From Hemiscyllium ocellatum (lineage: Eukaryota), in the NCBI RefSeq assembly GCF_020745735.1, contig NC_083409.1:8545534-8609533 (forward strand): a stretch of DNA of 64,000 bases, in the 5' to 3' direction. Made by a program: the position numbers and the translations under genes. Numbering within the stretch: the first letter of the stretch is position 1; each line of letters opens with the position of its first letter. Below, one piece after another: positions 1-12,808 of this stretch. The notes under the pieces are model-generated. The model was not told the origin of the DNA. It saw only the letters and a program-made list of their open reading frames with translations, and made no database searches.

Positions 1-99
1 TAATTTTCCAGTCTACCTGCATATTGTAGTCCCTCAAGACTATTGTAGCAGAGCCTTCTCTATCACCTGTCCAAACATTTCCATGTGATCTGTCAGCTT

Positions 100-1575
100 C
101 CTTCAACTCTTCCCATTTCCTCCAAATCCAGTGGGTGGCCATGGGTCCCAGCTATGTCTGCTTGTTGTCGGCTACATCAAACAACACCTTAGCAGTACAT
201 GCACAGGCACCGTTCCCCAAATCTTCTGCCATTACATCAGTGACTGCATCAGTGCTGCATCCTCCACCCACGCTGAACTGCAGCAGTTCGTCGACTTTGC
301 TAACAACTTCCAATCGGCCCTTAAATTCACGGAGTCTATCTTGGACAAATCCTTCTCCTTTCTTGACTGCCCCATTTCCATCTCCGGTGACAGTGCATGA
401 GCAGACATTTACTGTAAACCCACAGACTCACACAACTATCTGGTCAACACCTCCTCCTAACCAGTATCCTGCAAGAATACCGTCCCGTTTTCCCAATTCT
501 TCCATCTCCGTCACATCTGCTCGAACAAGGAGACGCTCCACTCCCAAGTGTCCCAGATGTCCACCCATTTTTAACAATATACTTTTCCCACCTCTGCCAT
601 CCAGAAAGCGCTCCACCGCACCTCTTCCATTCTCTGCTCTCCAAATCTAAACACCCCTCTCCAAAATTCAAGAAAGCAGGGTCCCCTTTGTCTTCATCTT
701 ACACTCCACCAATCTCCACATCCAATGTGTCAGCCTCAAAAAGTTCTGCCAACTGCAGCTAGACCCCACCACCAAGAACACCTTACCCTCCCCACCCCTC
801 TCTGCCTTCCACAAGGACTGTTCCCTTTGACAATCCTTGGTTTTCACCACTCTTCACATCTACCCCCTCCCCACCAACACAACTCTTATACCTTCCCCTG
901 CAACCGTAAAAGATGCAAAACCTGCCGACAAACCACCCCTGTCATTTCCAGCCAGGGTCCCAGTCTTCCAGGTCAGACAGAGGTTCACCTGCCTCTCCTC
1001 GAAACTAGTTTATTGTATCCGGTGCACCCATTGTGGTCTTCTCTACATCGGTGAGACCAAACATAGGCCGACCTGGCCTCCCAGTCACTGTCTATTTCAA
1101 TTCTCCTTCCTATTTCCTCTCTGACATGACCATCCTCTGCCTCCTCCATTGCCACAAGCAATCCGTCTGCAAGTTGGAGGAACAAATAATGATCTTTTGT
1201 CTGGGAAGCTTACAACCCAGAGGAATCAACGTTGAATTTTCCAGTTTCAAAAAGCCTCCCTTTCCCAACTTTCGATTCCCTTGCCAGTCCCCCTCCTCTA
1301 TTCTATTCCACTTACGGACGCTCCCTTTCTTCCACCAAATGGATTAATTCCTCCCATCAACCAACCACTTCAAACCCTCTACTTGTGTTCATCCATCAAT
1401 ACCTACCACTCCACCATTCCCCCCACCTGCCCAAACAACCGATCCCACCTTGATGTGTAGTTCCCCCTACCCCCACCTGCAGTTCTGAAGAAGGGTTATA
1501 CCCGAAAGGTTGACTGCTCCACCTCCAGATTCTGCCTGGCTTGCTGTGTTCTTCCAACCTCCTGTAAGCTTCCAT
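100..1575 (+). mobile_element. Penelope-like retroelement, 5'-truncated and frameshifted (RT C-terminus + GIY-YIG endonuclease + 3' terminus)
   Basis: RT motif VAMGPSY at ~133; GIY-YIG motif QVRQRFTCLSSKLVYCIRCTHCGLLYIGETK in ORF 837-1124; terminal block homologous to other Penelope ends in the window (10300-10430, 46575-46665). Confidence 0.85.
1481..1514 (+). ncRNA. Minimal hammerhead-ribozyme-like motif in the Penelope terminus (one stem III mutation)
   Basis: AGTT-CTGAAGA-A-GGGT(TAT)ACCC-GAAA-GGTT-GACT: CUGANGA core, stem II, GAAA, stem I AGTT/GACT. The palindromic ACGT stem III seen in other copies reads AGGT here. Confidence 0.55.
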
Positions 1576-1789
1576 TCCAGCCTGATAACCATCTCAGACA
1601 CTGGAAAGAAATGCTCAGGGCGCAGGTTAACATGGTTCAAAAAGTCTTTTCAGCTGAAGCTTCAGTGTTTGCCTTCAGTGTGGATTTTCAGTTACTGAAT
1701 TGCTTCCCTGTAATGTGACAGGAAGAAAGAACACTTGTTGGTGCAGTGTTTTTTTTTAATCGTCCCAGGATATTTAAAGCTGCGTGCAT

Positions 1790-2120
1790 ATTGCAATCAC
1801 CTTCACAAGACAAAATGCTGAGGTCCCAAAATCAGCAAACGAATGATGAGATAAATCTTTTTGGAGGCATTAGTTGAATATTGAGCAGGATACCTGAGGG
1901 ACTCTCTTCAGAACGGGATCTTGTCGAGCCCCCTGAGGTGGCGGGATTGGGGTCTGGGTGGTGCTGGTGGGGCTTTAAATGAACATCCCATACATAACAT
2001 TGTGCCAGAGTTCACTGCAGTCTCAACCTGGATTCTGTGTTCTCATTTCTTAGGTGGCTTTCAATCCAACGACCATTTGACTCTGAAGCAGGAGCATTGC
2101 CCATGGAGTCACCATCAGTA
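1790..2120 (+). mobile_element. Degenerate DeuSINE/L2-tailed SINE remnant
   Basis: Resembles the shark DeuSINE body and tail as I recall it (ttttggaggcattagttga...gggatcttg...gactctgaagcaggagcattgcc); highly diverged. Confidence 0.35.
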
Positions 2121-2506
2121 ACAATGTAAACTGTGTAGCTCTGAAAGCCTCAGTCTGTATTTCAGCTCAGAAGGATATCATCTCATTCATTAAATCTGTT
2201 TCTGCCCCTCTGCAGGCTGACCAGGCTGCCGGTGCCTTTCCAATACACCCAGGTTTTCCCATGTGCCACAGCTCATTCTCCTGAGGGATAGTTTACTTGG
2301 AGTCGTAAAGTGTAGCGCGGGAAAAGCACAGCAGGTTAGGCAGTTGTGCTCAGGGCGAGGACATGACCTTGTCCCTCTGTCAGACCCTCTTCGAGAAACT
2401 CATGGCTCACCACCGCCCTCTCCAGGACAGTTAGGGAAGGGCAACAAGCAAGGATGGAGATAGGGACGCACAGCTGCAAGTGCTGTACTCTGCAGTTTGG
2501 TGACCA

Positions 2507-4225
2507 TTTTTTCTTATTTCGAAAATATACTTTTTTCATAAAATAATTTAATGTCTGTACAGTTGGTCATGCCATCAATATGTAAACATTTACATACAGA
2601 GATCAGAATTGATCATTTTCGTACATGTCTTTACATTTTTCAATCATATGCCAGCTGAGGCGTCAGCAGAGTCCAATTGACTGCATGGACCCCCTGTTCT
2701 TCTTTAGGTAGGCAGATGTTGCACTTTGGCCTTTCCCCTCTGCGCTTTGGTGGCAGCTGCCTGAAGCTTCAGCGCGTCCCTCAACATGTAGTCCTGGACC
2801 TTGGAATGTGCCAGTCTGCAACACTCAGTCGGGGTCAACTTCTTCAGCTGGAAGAGCAACAGGTTTCGGACCACCCAGAGAGCGTCCTTCACCGAGTTGA
2901 TGATCCTCTAGGTGCAGTTGATGTTCGTCTCGGTGTGCGTCCCGGGGAACAGGCCGTAGAGCATGGAGTCCCACGTGACAGCGCTGCTCGGGACGAATCT
3001 CGACAAACACCACTACATTCCTCTCCAGACTTCCTCTGCGTAGGCACATTCCAGAAGGAGGGCAGCGTGCGGTGCAGCTGAGAGTCCGGGCATGCATAAA
3101 GGATCTCACAGGCAGAGCGCTTCTTACCACCAGCCAAGCCATGTCTTGTTGCTTGTTGGAAAGTTCTGGCGATGAGGCATTCTGCCAAATGGAACCCCTC
3201 AATAGGATCCTCCCTCTCCTTTTCCTGAATGGTCTCGAGGACACTACGTGCTGACCACTTCCTGATGAACGTGTGGTCGAAGGTGTTTTTCTTCATAAAC
3301 TTTTCCACGAAGGACAGGTGATACAGAACGGTCGAACTAGTCGGAGTGTTCCGCAGCAGCGAGGCCAGGCCCATCCTTCGCAACACTAGGGACAGGTAGA
3401 ACTTCAGTACGTAGTGACACTTGGTGTTTGCATACCGGGGATCTACGCACAGGTTGATGCAGCCACTCACAAAGGTGGCCATCAGGGTGAGGGTGGCATT
3501 GGGTTTGTTTTTCCCCCATTGCCCAGATCTTTGTACAGCGAGTCTCTTCGGACCCGGTCCATCTTTGAACTCCATATAAACTGGAAGATGGCCCGGGTGA
3601 CTGCAGTGGCACAGGTTCTGGGAATAGGCCAGACCTGTGCCACGTATAATAGCAATGACAGTGCCTCAAACCTGATGATCAGGCTTTTTTTCCCCGCGAT
3701 GGGGAGCGACCGTAGCTTCCATCTGCCCAGTTTCTCTCTCACTTTACTGATACGCTCCTCCCAAGACTTGACGCACGCCCCAGCACCCCCACCCCTGGAA
3801 CCAAATACCCAGCACATTCAGGTGGTCGGTCCTGACGGTGAAGGGGATTGAGGATTGGTCGGCCCAGTTCCCGAAGAGCATGGCCTCGCTCTTGCCTTGG
3901 TTTACCTTGGCCCCCGAGGTCCGTTCGAACTGGTCACAAATACACATCAGTCTGCGCACGGACAGGAGATCCGAGCAGAAAACGGCGACGTCATCCATGT
4001 ACAGGGAGGCATTAACCTGCAGGCCCCCGCTGCGAGGAGTAGTCACCTCTCTCAGGCTCGCATCCTTTCTGATGTACTCGGCAAATGGTTCTATGCAGCA
4101 CACAAACAAGGCAGGAGAGAGATGGCAGCCCTGCCTGACTCCAGATCTGACTGGGAAGCTATCTGATTCCCACCCATTGATTGAGACTGCACTGACAATG
4201 TTGATGTAGAGCAGTCTGTTCCACT
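2507..4225 (-). mobile_element. Tx1-like (L1 clade) LINE, 5'-truncated ORF2 with 3' UTR and A-tail
   Basis: RT motif YMDDVAVF (ORF 3744-4109); C-terminal region with HACPDS/CPPS..C; T-run at 2507; clearly homologous to 59930-61670. Confidence 0.9.
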
Positions 4226-4942
4226 TGCCGTTCTCGTCTGCCTGATAACAGGATCCACCTCTCAGTATCCAGCCTGTGATGTCACCTTCAGATCAGAAAC
4301 TGTTAATGAGAGAGAACAGGTTACATCAGCGAGACTTTTCCCCAGAGATGATGAACAATGTTGATGTAAATTGCTTTCTCCAGTGCCAGAGTCGAGAACA
4401 AGAGGGTTGTTAAAATTGCAATTCAGGCGATTTCAGGAAAATTTCTTTCCGACAGAGTGATGAAAATCTGGAACGTTCAATCCAAAATTAAAAGCTGTTG
4501 AGATTGGGTTTCAATATCCATTTACTCAGGGCAGTACGGTTTACAGGACAAAGGGAGAATGTATTCCAGGTCAGCCATGGCCTGATTAACTGGGGAACTA
4601 GGTCAAAGCAACCGATTGGTCATCCCTACTGGAATCCACTGGAATGACTACTGATGTGTTTGCGGCTAACGGAAGGAGTCATTACCCATAGTCTTCAGCA
4701 GCTGTGCAAGTCGTCCATAGTAACTAGAAAGCAGCTGTTTCACTGTGCCTGAACAATACAAAGTCAGAGGAAACACTACACCAGGTTCTAGCCCAACTGA
4801 TTCATTTGAAATCACAAGCTTCCGAAGCGCTGCTCCTTCATCAGGTGTATCTCAGTCCAGCATCGATATTTCCACATTACTAAGCAGTCCAAATAAACTG
4901 GGGCTCTGTGAGGATCTATCCAGCTCGACCTGTACAAACGAG

Positions 4943-4944
<2 letters not shown>

Positions 4945-5030
<86 letters not shown>
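4945..5030. repeat. (GA)43 microsatellite
   Basis: Direct read of a perfect dinucleotide run. Confidence 0.97.
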
Positions 5031-5034
<4 letters not shown>

Positions 5035-5039
5035 ATCTT

Positions 5040-5525
5040 TTGAACCAGGATACCTAATTGCACCACAATGAAAATGCTCTGAATGCTATGATATATCAAA
5101 GAGAAGTACTTTGGTGTAACTTTTGATTGTCCCCGTAGTGTGCTATTTTATTCATGATGTGATACACGGAGACTATGTCAGCGTTGGGTGGCAAAAAGTA
5201 TATTTTCTCCACTAACCCGTTTCCATCACACTCTCTCCATCTTGCTTTAATCCTTATTGACTTTTCTACAATTGCCTCTACTTCCTCACTCCATTCCGGT
5301 CCCAAAGGAACTTATGGACAGACTTCATGACCCCACTCTGTCTTAAATTTCATGTGTAGTGTGTTGGAGCTTGGGCCCCTCCCTCAGGCCCAGGTGAATG
5401 GGGCCTTTTAACAATCTGCACATTGTCTTTTGTCTCTTTCTGAGTGAACCGGATCAAGTTGCCGTAACGAGCTGGCAACAAGGTGTCTTGTCTAGAATGT
5501 TCCCAGCATTGGGCACAGAACTGGC
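5040..5525 (-). repeat. Low-copy segment X, copy 1 (inverted relative to the copies at 8546-8950 and 49030-49510)
   Basis: Reverse complement aligns to gaaagagaaaaagcacaatgtgcag...ctgggcctgagg...ccaagctccaacacac...aagagtcaataagg in the other two copies. Confidence 0.8.
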
Positions 5526-6615
5526 TGTGTCAGAGAAAACAGAGCGTAGTGATGAAAGGATGGATACCAGAATGGAGGGCTGTGTCTTGTGGAGTTTCAC
5601 AGGGATCAATGATGGGAGCTTTGCTGTTCATGGTCTCCACCAGGGTGTTGGACGGAAAAAATGGCAAGGCTAATTGATGAGTTTGTGGATGTCACAAAGA
5701 TTGCTGGAGTTGCAGTTAATGATCAGATTACCAGAGGATACAGCAGGACACAGTTCAATTGGATGCATGGATAGAAAATAGGAGATGACATTTAATCCAG
5801 ATAAATGTGAAATGAGGCATTTTGAAAGATGAAATACAGGTGGTAGAATACCTGCATAGTGAATGGCAAAATCCATTGGAGTATTGAAATGCAGAGGGAT
5901 CTGGATGTACATGTTCACAGATCACTGATGGTGGCAGCACCTAAGGTAGTAAAAAAGGCCAATGGCAGACTTGGCTACATTGGGAGGAGCACTGAGTATT
6001 AGGATAGAAAGTTATACTGCAGCTTTACTGAACTTTAGTTTGGCCACGCTTGGAATATTGCATATAGTTCTGGTCACCATGACCAGAAGGATGTGGATGC
6101 TTTGGAGAGGGTACAGAAAAAAAAACACAAGAATGTTGCTGATATGGAGCGTTTTAGTGATGAAGGAAATCTGGATAGACTGGATTTCTTTTCATTGGAA
6201 TCAGGAGGTTAAAGGGCAACCTAATGGAAATTGATGAAATTGTGAATAGCATGGAGAGAGTGGGAAATATGAGAATTTTTCCCAGGGTAGACGGGTCAGT
6301 TACTAGGGGACACAGGTTCAAGGTGTGTGTGTGGGGGGGGGGAGGGGGGTGCGGTGGGGATTTAAAACAGATGTGTGAGGTAAGTATTTCACACAAACGG
6401 TCGTGAGGGGCTGGAACACGCTGCCAGAAGAGGGGGTGGAAGCAGACACAATAGCAGCATTCAAGAAACAGCAGGATGAATACATGGATAGGAAGGGAAT
6501 AGAGGGATATGAATCCTGGAGGTGAATACAGTTTCAGTGAGGAAGGGTAAAATGTGTCAGCACAGCTGGGAGGGCCAACGGACCTGTTCCTGTGCTGTAT
6601 TGTTCCTTGTTCTTT
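5526..6615 (+). mobile_element. CR1 LINE, 5'-truncated RT end and 3' tail
   Basis: NWL..RKQSVV, GVSQGSMMG, RGHRFKV motifs; 3' tail gacctgttcctgtgctgtattgttc. Confidence 0.85.
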
Positions 6616-7719
6616 GATCCCCGCTGTTGAAGTCGATTCTAGGGAGCCTGTTCTCATTCTTTTGTTGGAGTTCAAGGGCAGCTGCTGCTTCCTTGCTACG
6701 TCACTGATCAAACCAACAATGCGGGAAGACTCATGATGGATTGGGTGGTTGTTTGATTTCTCACTTGTGTTAATACAGTTTTAAATGAGTCTGTGTACTT
6801 TCCCCTCTTTCTGTGGAGGGTGTCACTGTCACTGTCCCCACCTGACCTATCCACTCTCATAGTGATAGCATTTTTGTCATTCCTTCTATTTGGCGATGCT
6901 GTCATTCCCCCCTACCACCTCCCCGCCCCCCTCCCCTCATTACAATAATGACTAGACTTTGGAAGTATTCCATTAGCTGTAAAACAGCTTTGAACATCCT
7001 GAGCTCATTAAGGGTGTAACAGAAGTGCAATTCTCTCTCCTTTTTGTTTCCTCTCCAAGCCTTCCCATGTGTCTCCCCACAACATCCCTCCCTTGCTTAA
7101 AAACTAGAATGAATTATGAGTCTCTGGGATAACTTAATCTGTGGCAACATTGAGACTAACAACAAGCACCTCCTTGGTGGGCTTTGAGTGTGAAGGTCAA
7201 TAACAGTCTCACTGGGACTTGATCTGGGTTGTCTCCAGTCAGTCAGTGTTATTGGTTTGGAGCCAAATGTTACTGACCAACCTTAGACCCTGTGATCTGA
7301 TTGAGATGACGGATGACCTGCGCTCGGCTTTAACACACTGTTACCACAGCACAGAGTGAAATTGTGTAGTGCTGGAAAAGCACAGCCAGTCAGGCAGTAT
7401 CCCTGGAGCAGGAGAGTCGATATTATGAGCATAAGCTCTCCATCAGGCATGGGGAGGAGGGAGTGAGGAGTCGGAGAGATAAATGGGAGGGAATTGGGGC
7501 TGGGGAAAAGGTAATGAAGATTGCAATAGGTACGTGGAGGTGGGGGGTGACAAAGATAAGCCAGAGTGAAGGTTGGAGTGGATAGGTGGGAAGGAAGATG
7601 GACAGGTAGGACAGTTCAAGACGGTGGTGCCAAGTCGAAGGGTTGGATCTGCGATAAGCTGGTGGAGTGAAGGTAATTTGAGTGAAATACTTGGTTTGTA
7701 TATCTCTTTACAATTAATT

Positions 7720-8545
7720 CCCCCCAAACACCTGCACCTTGAACCTGTGTCCCTTAGTATTTGACCCCTCCACCCTGGGAAAAAGCCTCATATTTTCCAC
7801 TCTGCCTATCCCATTGACAACTCTGTAAACTCCTATCAGGACGCACCTCATTTTCCTGCATTCCATTGAAAACAAACTCAGTCACTCCAATCTTTCTTCG
7901 GAACTACAATCCCCCCATACCAGACAATATCCTGGTAAACATTTTCTGCACCGTCTTCAAAACATCCACACCCTTCTTTTTGGACTGTATGCAGTTACAT
8001 GCAACCAGAACAGTATGCCATAGTCCAAGTGTGGCCGAAATAAAGTTCTTTAAAGTTGCAGCACAACTTGTCTATCCTTACACTCAATGCTCCTTCCAAT
8101 GAAGTCAAGCGGGCCATAAGCCTTTTTTACTGCCTTACCTCCCTGTGCTGGCACCATCACTGATCTGTGAACATGCACACCCAGATCCCTCTGCATATCA
8201 ATACTCCAAAGGATTCTGCAATTCACTGTATAATTCCCACCTGTACGTCACCTTTCAAAATGGATTACCTCACATTTGTCTGGATTAAACTACCTCCGTC
8301 ATTTTTCTGTCCAAGCATCCAACTCATCTCTATCCTGCAATATCCTAGATAATCCTTCGCATTATCTGCAATTCAACCAACCTTTTTATCAATTGTAAAC
8401 TTACTAATTAGACCAGCCACGCTTTCCTCCAAATCATTTATGTAGACCATATACAGCAGAGTTCCCTGTGGAACCCCACGAGTCACAGCCCTCCATTCTG
8501 AAAACCATCCTCCCACCACTGCCCTCTGTCTCCTCCTACACAGCC
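7720..8545 (-). mobile_element. CR1 LINE fragment sharing its 5' junction with the 5526-6615 copy
   Basis: NWLCRRRQRAVV..GVPQG..YINDLEE (ORF 8373-8585); same join to segment X (cacagaactggctgtgt). Confidence 0.85.
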
Positions 8546-8950
8546 AGTTCTGTGCCCAATTCTGGGAACAATTTAGACAAGACACCTTGTCACCCGCTCA
8601 TTACTGCAACTTGATCCATTTCATGCAGAAAGAGAAAAAGCACAATGTGCAGAATGTTGAACAGACCCCTACACCTGGGCCTGAGGCAGGAGCCCAAGCT
8701 CCAACACACTGGCCTCACTTCACACCAACCTTCACACAGTGCAGGGGCATGAACTCCGGCCATCAATCCCTCCGGGACTGGGACGGAGTGAGGGAGCAGG
8801 GACAACTGTAGAAGAGTCAATAAGGAATAAATCAAGATGGAGAGAGTGTGTTGGAAAGTGTTTAATGGAGGGAACATACGTTGTGATACCCAATACTGAC
8901 ATAGTCTCCGTGAATCACAGAATGAACAAAACAGCACTCCAGCAATGTGA
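8546..8950 (+). repeat. Low-copy segment X, copy 2
   Basis: About 85-90% identical by hand to 49110-49330 over the core. Confidence 0.8.
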
Positions 8951-11947
8951 CTGACACTTAACTGCCATTTGAAAGGCTAAACAAGTCACTCAGTTTCGGG
9001 GCAGGTAGGGATGGAGAACAAATGATGGTCTTGCTAGTGACTCCCACATACCAGAAAAGAATAGTTGGATTCATTGATAACACCGTCACCTGAACCTGCA
9101 GTCTTCAAGCCCCATTCCAGACACTGGAGCACTATCCTGAGGCTGGCAAAGGCAAAGACGCCATCTGCTGGATGATCGGTTAAACCACTGCCCTCTCAGG
9201 TCAATGTGAACATAAGGGCTTTGTGTCCATCTCACGGAAAATCTCCGTAGTGTCCTGACTAATGCTTATCTTATAACCAATGGCATTAAAACAGATACAA
9301 AAACAAAATACTGCAACTCTCAAATAGAAGTGCGATGCTGGAGAAAGGGAACAGGTGCAGTCTCTGTGGGAAGAGGAGGATTAAGTTTTTGGGTTCAGTG
9401 ATGTTTTATCTAAAAGGCAGCAATTTTTTATTTTTATTTAATTTTATGCTGCTTTATATTATTTTATTTCAATATTGTTGAAAACAAGTTTACCCACTTG
9501 ATTGGAACCACATTCACACACATGCATTCCCCCCACACCGATGCTCAGTAACAGCTCTGTTACAAGATGCACTGCAGAGATTCACCAAAGATCCTGAGAC
9601 AACAGCTTCCAAACCCATGACCACTTATATTTGGACAAGGGCAGCAGATACACGGGACCATCACCCCAGCAATTCCTCTCCAAGTCATTCACAAGTTTGA
9701 CTTGGAAATATGAAGCTGTTCCTACATTATCACTGGGGGAGAATCCTGGAATTCCCTTCCTAAGGACATTGTGGGTCTACCAACAGCACACGGACTGCAG
9801 GGGTTCAAGAAGGCAGCTAATCACCACCAGGTACAGGGGAATTAGAGATGGACAGTAAAAAGGCTGGTACAAGTAAGAGTAGGCATGCTTAAGGACCAGA
9901 AAGTGAGACTGTGATGTTTCAGTTATTCCTGGATATTGGTGTGACCACATCTCAAATATTGAGGGTAGTTTTGGTCTCCCTATTGAAGAAAGAATATAAA
10001 TGCATCGGAGGTGGTTCACAGGAATTTTATCCGATTGATCCCTGGAATGAGTGGGCTGTGATCAGGAAAGATTAGAAAAGGGGATAAAGGGAATGAGGTG
10101 GAGCAGGGTGTTGAGGTCGGGATGGGTTGAGAATGGTAGAGAGTATGAGCTGATTAGTCGATGGGAGAGATTAATTTGTATTCATCCCTCCCATCAACCA
10201 ATCAGGTAGTACCCTCTACCTATCTTCACCTATCCCCATCCCACCACCCTGCCCCCAGCAATCCTTTTATCTGCAGCTCCCCCATCAATCCCCCACCCCC
10301 AACCCACCCCCATTCCTGAAGAAGGGTTGCAGCCAAAACGTTGACTTCTCCACCTCCTGAGGCTGCCTGGCTTGCTGTTTTCTCCGAGCCTCCTGCTTGT
10401 CAACGTTGGATTACAGCATTTGCAGTTTGTTTTGTCTCTAATCTCTTCAGGGGCCTGGATGACAGTGAGGAAATTGGGTTTTGATGGAGCTACCCACAGA
10501 CCCAAGTCAAAAGAAGCAAAGCAAGAAAGGCAAGTGGATCTTATCCAAGAGAGCAAATTGTGATGGAAAACCAATTATTACCAGTTTGGCAATTGTGAAG
10601 GAGAGAGTCAAAACATTGAATTGCTTCTGGTGTCATCATCTGTGCCCTAACATTTCACAGTGCCAGCTCCACATCCTTACACCGTCTTTGCCATTGAGAG
10701 TCAATAGTTCCCTTACTACAGCCCTTTTTAAAATGTCCTGTTCCAGGGAATAACTGATGCAGAAAATATATCCCCATTTCTGCGAAGGTTCGAGAAATAT
10801 TAGATGTCAACGAGCTGTTTCTCAGCCTTCAGGGTCTGACAGAATGATGGGTGTAGGCTGTGGATTGTGGAGCCAGATCACTGAGATATTCCTCACTCCC
10901 ATCAAAACCTGACTTTATTCAGACATCAGTTTCTATTCTTCATTATAAAGTACCCCCACCAGTTTTAGACTAGACCTTTCACAGCCAGCCCCCATTTCCC
11001 CACATTGGAATCAAAACCCAAACTTGCCCCATCTCAGGATTGCCCTCTGAATGTGGTGTCAGTGTGCTGATGCTTTGTTTGAATGAAAGAGCCACGGTGG
11101 AATCTGGAAATGAGTCCAAGGGGTTTCCGATCCACCAGCAGCCTCCCCGCTGTGTGAGGGTCTGTTTAGATAAGATTTCAGCCCCTGGGTTCCCACTGAT
11201 ACGAGAACCATGGAGTGAGATTGATGGAGCCACGTGTGGACTGAGGAATACAACTGTCAGGACAATGAGCTGCTCTGCAATCCACCCTGAGCCCTGGATG
11301 GTTGTTACTGAGATGGCCCAGGGTCTACAGAATATGACAAAAGAAAGTGGAAAAAGTTCATCATTGACTGTCCTCCCTAGCCATGACTCCCAGACTCCCG
11401 CGTACTGAACATCCTCAATCTGACTGCAGGGACACACTGGGTAATTCCATCTCATTTGAAGAGTAAAGAAAACCCAGGACAAATTTATGGAATATTTATT
11501 TTCCAAATTGTTATTGTGCAATTGTTATTCTGAGTAACACGGTCCTGCTGGTCATATTCATCAATATAGGGTTCCCAGTGACTCTGGCTCCCAAACAGTT
11601 GATTTGAATTTCTTGGCTTGTGACCTTGCTGTGCCTAAGGGATGAGTGAGCATTGATGGGGAATTTGCATCAGATTATTGTGTTCCCCATTGTCCCTTCC
11701 TGCCTTCCTTCTTTTCCCATTTATTGGGAAAGATTTCCTTGGAGTTGTGTATTCCTGCTGATAGTGCCCCTTCTGGACACAATGGTACCATTGCCCTCCT
11801 GCTCCAGGGACCCCATTGCCCCCTCTATTCTCCCCCTCATTCTCCAGGCCTAGAGGGTGAAGGTTAACACTTCACACAGCTTTCCTGAGGCTTCAGATCT
11901 GGCCATTTCCAAAGCACACACGAGACAGAGGTTGAATCTTCTTCATC

Positions 11948-11953
11948 TTTATT
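11948..11953 (-). terminator. Probable polyadenylation signal of the Ig kappa transcript
   Basis: AATAAA on the minus strand ~530 nt after the C stop; the same context (aagggaataaagatgaag) is conserved in the paralog at 40906. Confidence 0.65.
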
Positions 11954-12479
11954 CCCTTTTCCAGATTGACATTGACAGAAAACAGACTGAAATTAACAGC
12001 CCAGACAGAGGAAGCTGCACAAATTCACAGCCACAATGGAGCTTGAGGAAAGCACTTGTGGAGATTTTCTCAATAACATAAGAATCCTGTACCTTTTAAC
12101 AATGACAGAAGCTTCTATTGGAACTGGCGGCTGAGCAGGTAGGAGGTCTACTTTACTGAGGCAGAGGTTTCTGAGGTTCACACTGTTTTTGTACAGCTGA
12201 CAGTCTTCAGTATCATCAATAGGTTTTACTTGACATCACAGGTCATCACTGTCCCAAATAAACACTCCCAGAACAGGGTCATCATGGGGTTTAATGCAGA
12301 GTAAAGTTTGTTTTTGATGATCCCAATGGTCTGCCTTAACCCCTGAACCTCAGAAGTGTCTCTGAACCAATACCAAGAAGGAAGAGAGTTGAAATTTATG
12401 CTGACAATGACCTTTGTCCTGCCAGCTCAGCGCTGTTCTATTTAAAGTTGTGTCTCCTCTGTGGACTGTCTCCAACACT

Positions 12480-12808
12480 CTACACACATTCTGACCTCCT
12501 GATGCTCTTGCTGAGGGGAGAGGGGAGGGTCACATGGGTGAGAGCACAGGAGAAGCGAGCGTTGGACTCCCAGTCAGACCCAGAGAGGGTCAGCAGGCTG
12601 CTGACACTGTAGGTGCTGTCCGAATCTCGCAGGTAGTTGCTGGTCTGAACCCCGTCCGAAATGACTGCACCATCCTTCTTCCACTGCACCTCCAGCTCAT
12701 CGGGATAGAAGTGATTGGCAAGGCACACCAGGGTGGCAGTGCCTTTGGCATTGACCTGCTCCAAGGAGGGGGGCAGCAGGATCAGCTTGGGCTGAGAGTT
12801 TTGATCAT
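12480..12808 (-). CDS. IGKC: Immunoglobulin kappa (type III/NS4-like) light-chain constant exon, intact
   Basis: Acceptor ttttcAG at 12810-12809, phase 1; (N)DQNSQPKLILLPPSLEQVNAKGTATLVCLANHFYPDELEVQWKKDG...FSCALTHVTLPSPLSKSIRRSECV-stop; both C1-set cysteines, the Trp, and the terminal interchain Cys are present. Confidence 0.96.

Noticed and set aside
4745-5099. ORFs with ERERER / SLSLSL tracts
   Set aside because: These are translations of the (GA)43 microsatellite.
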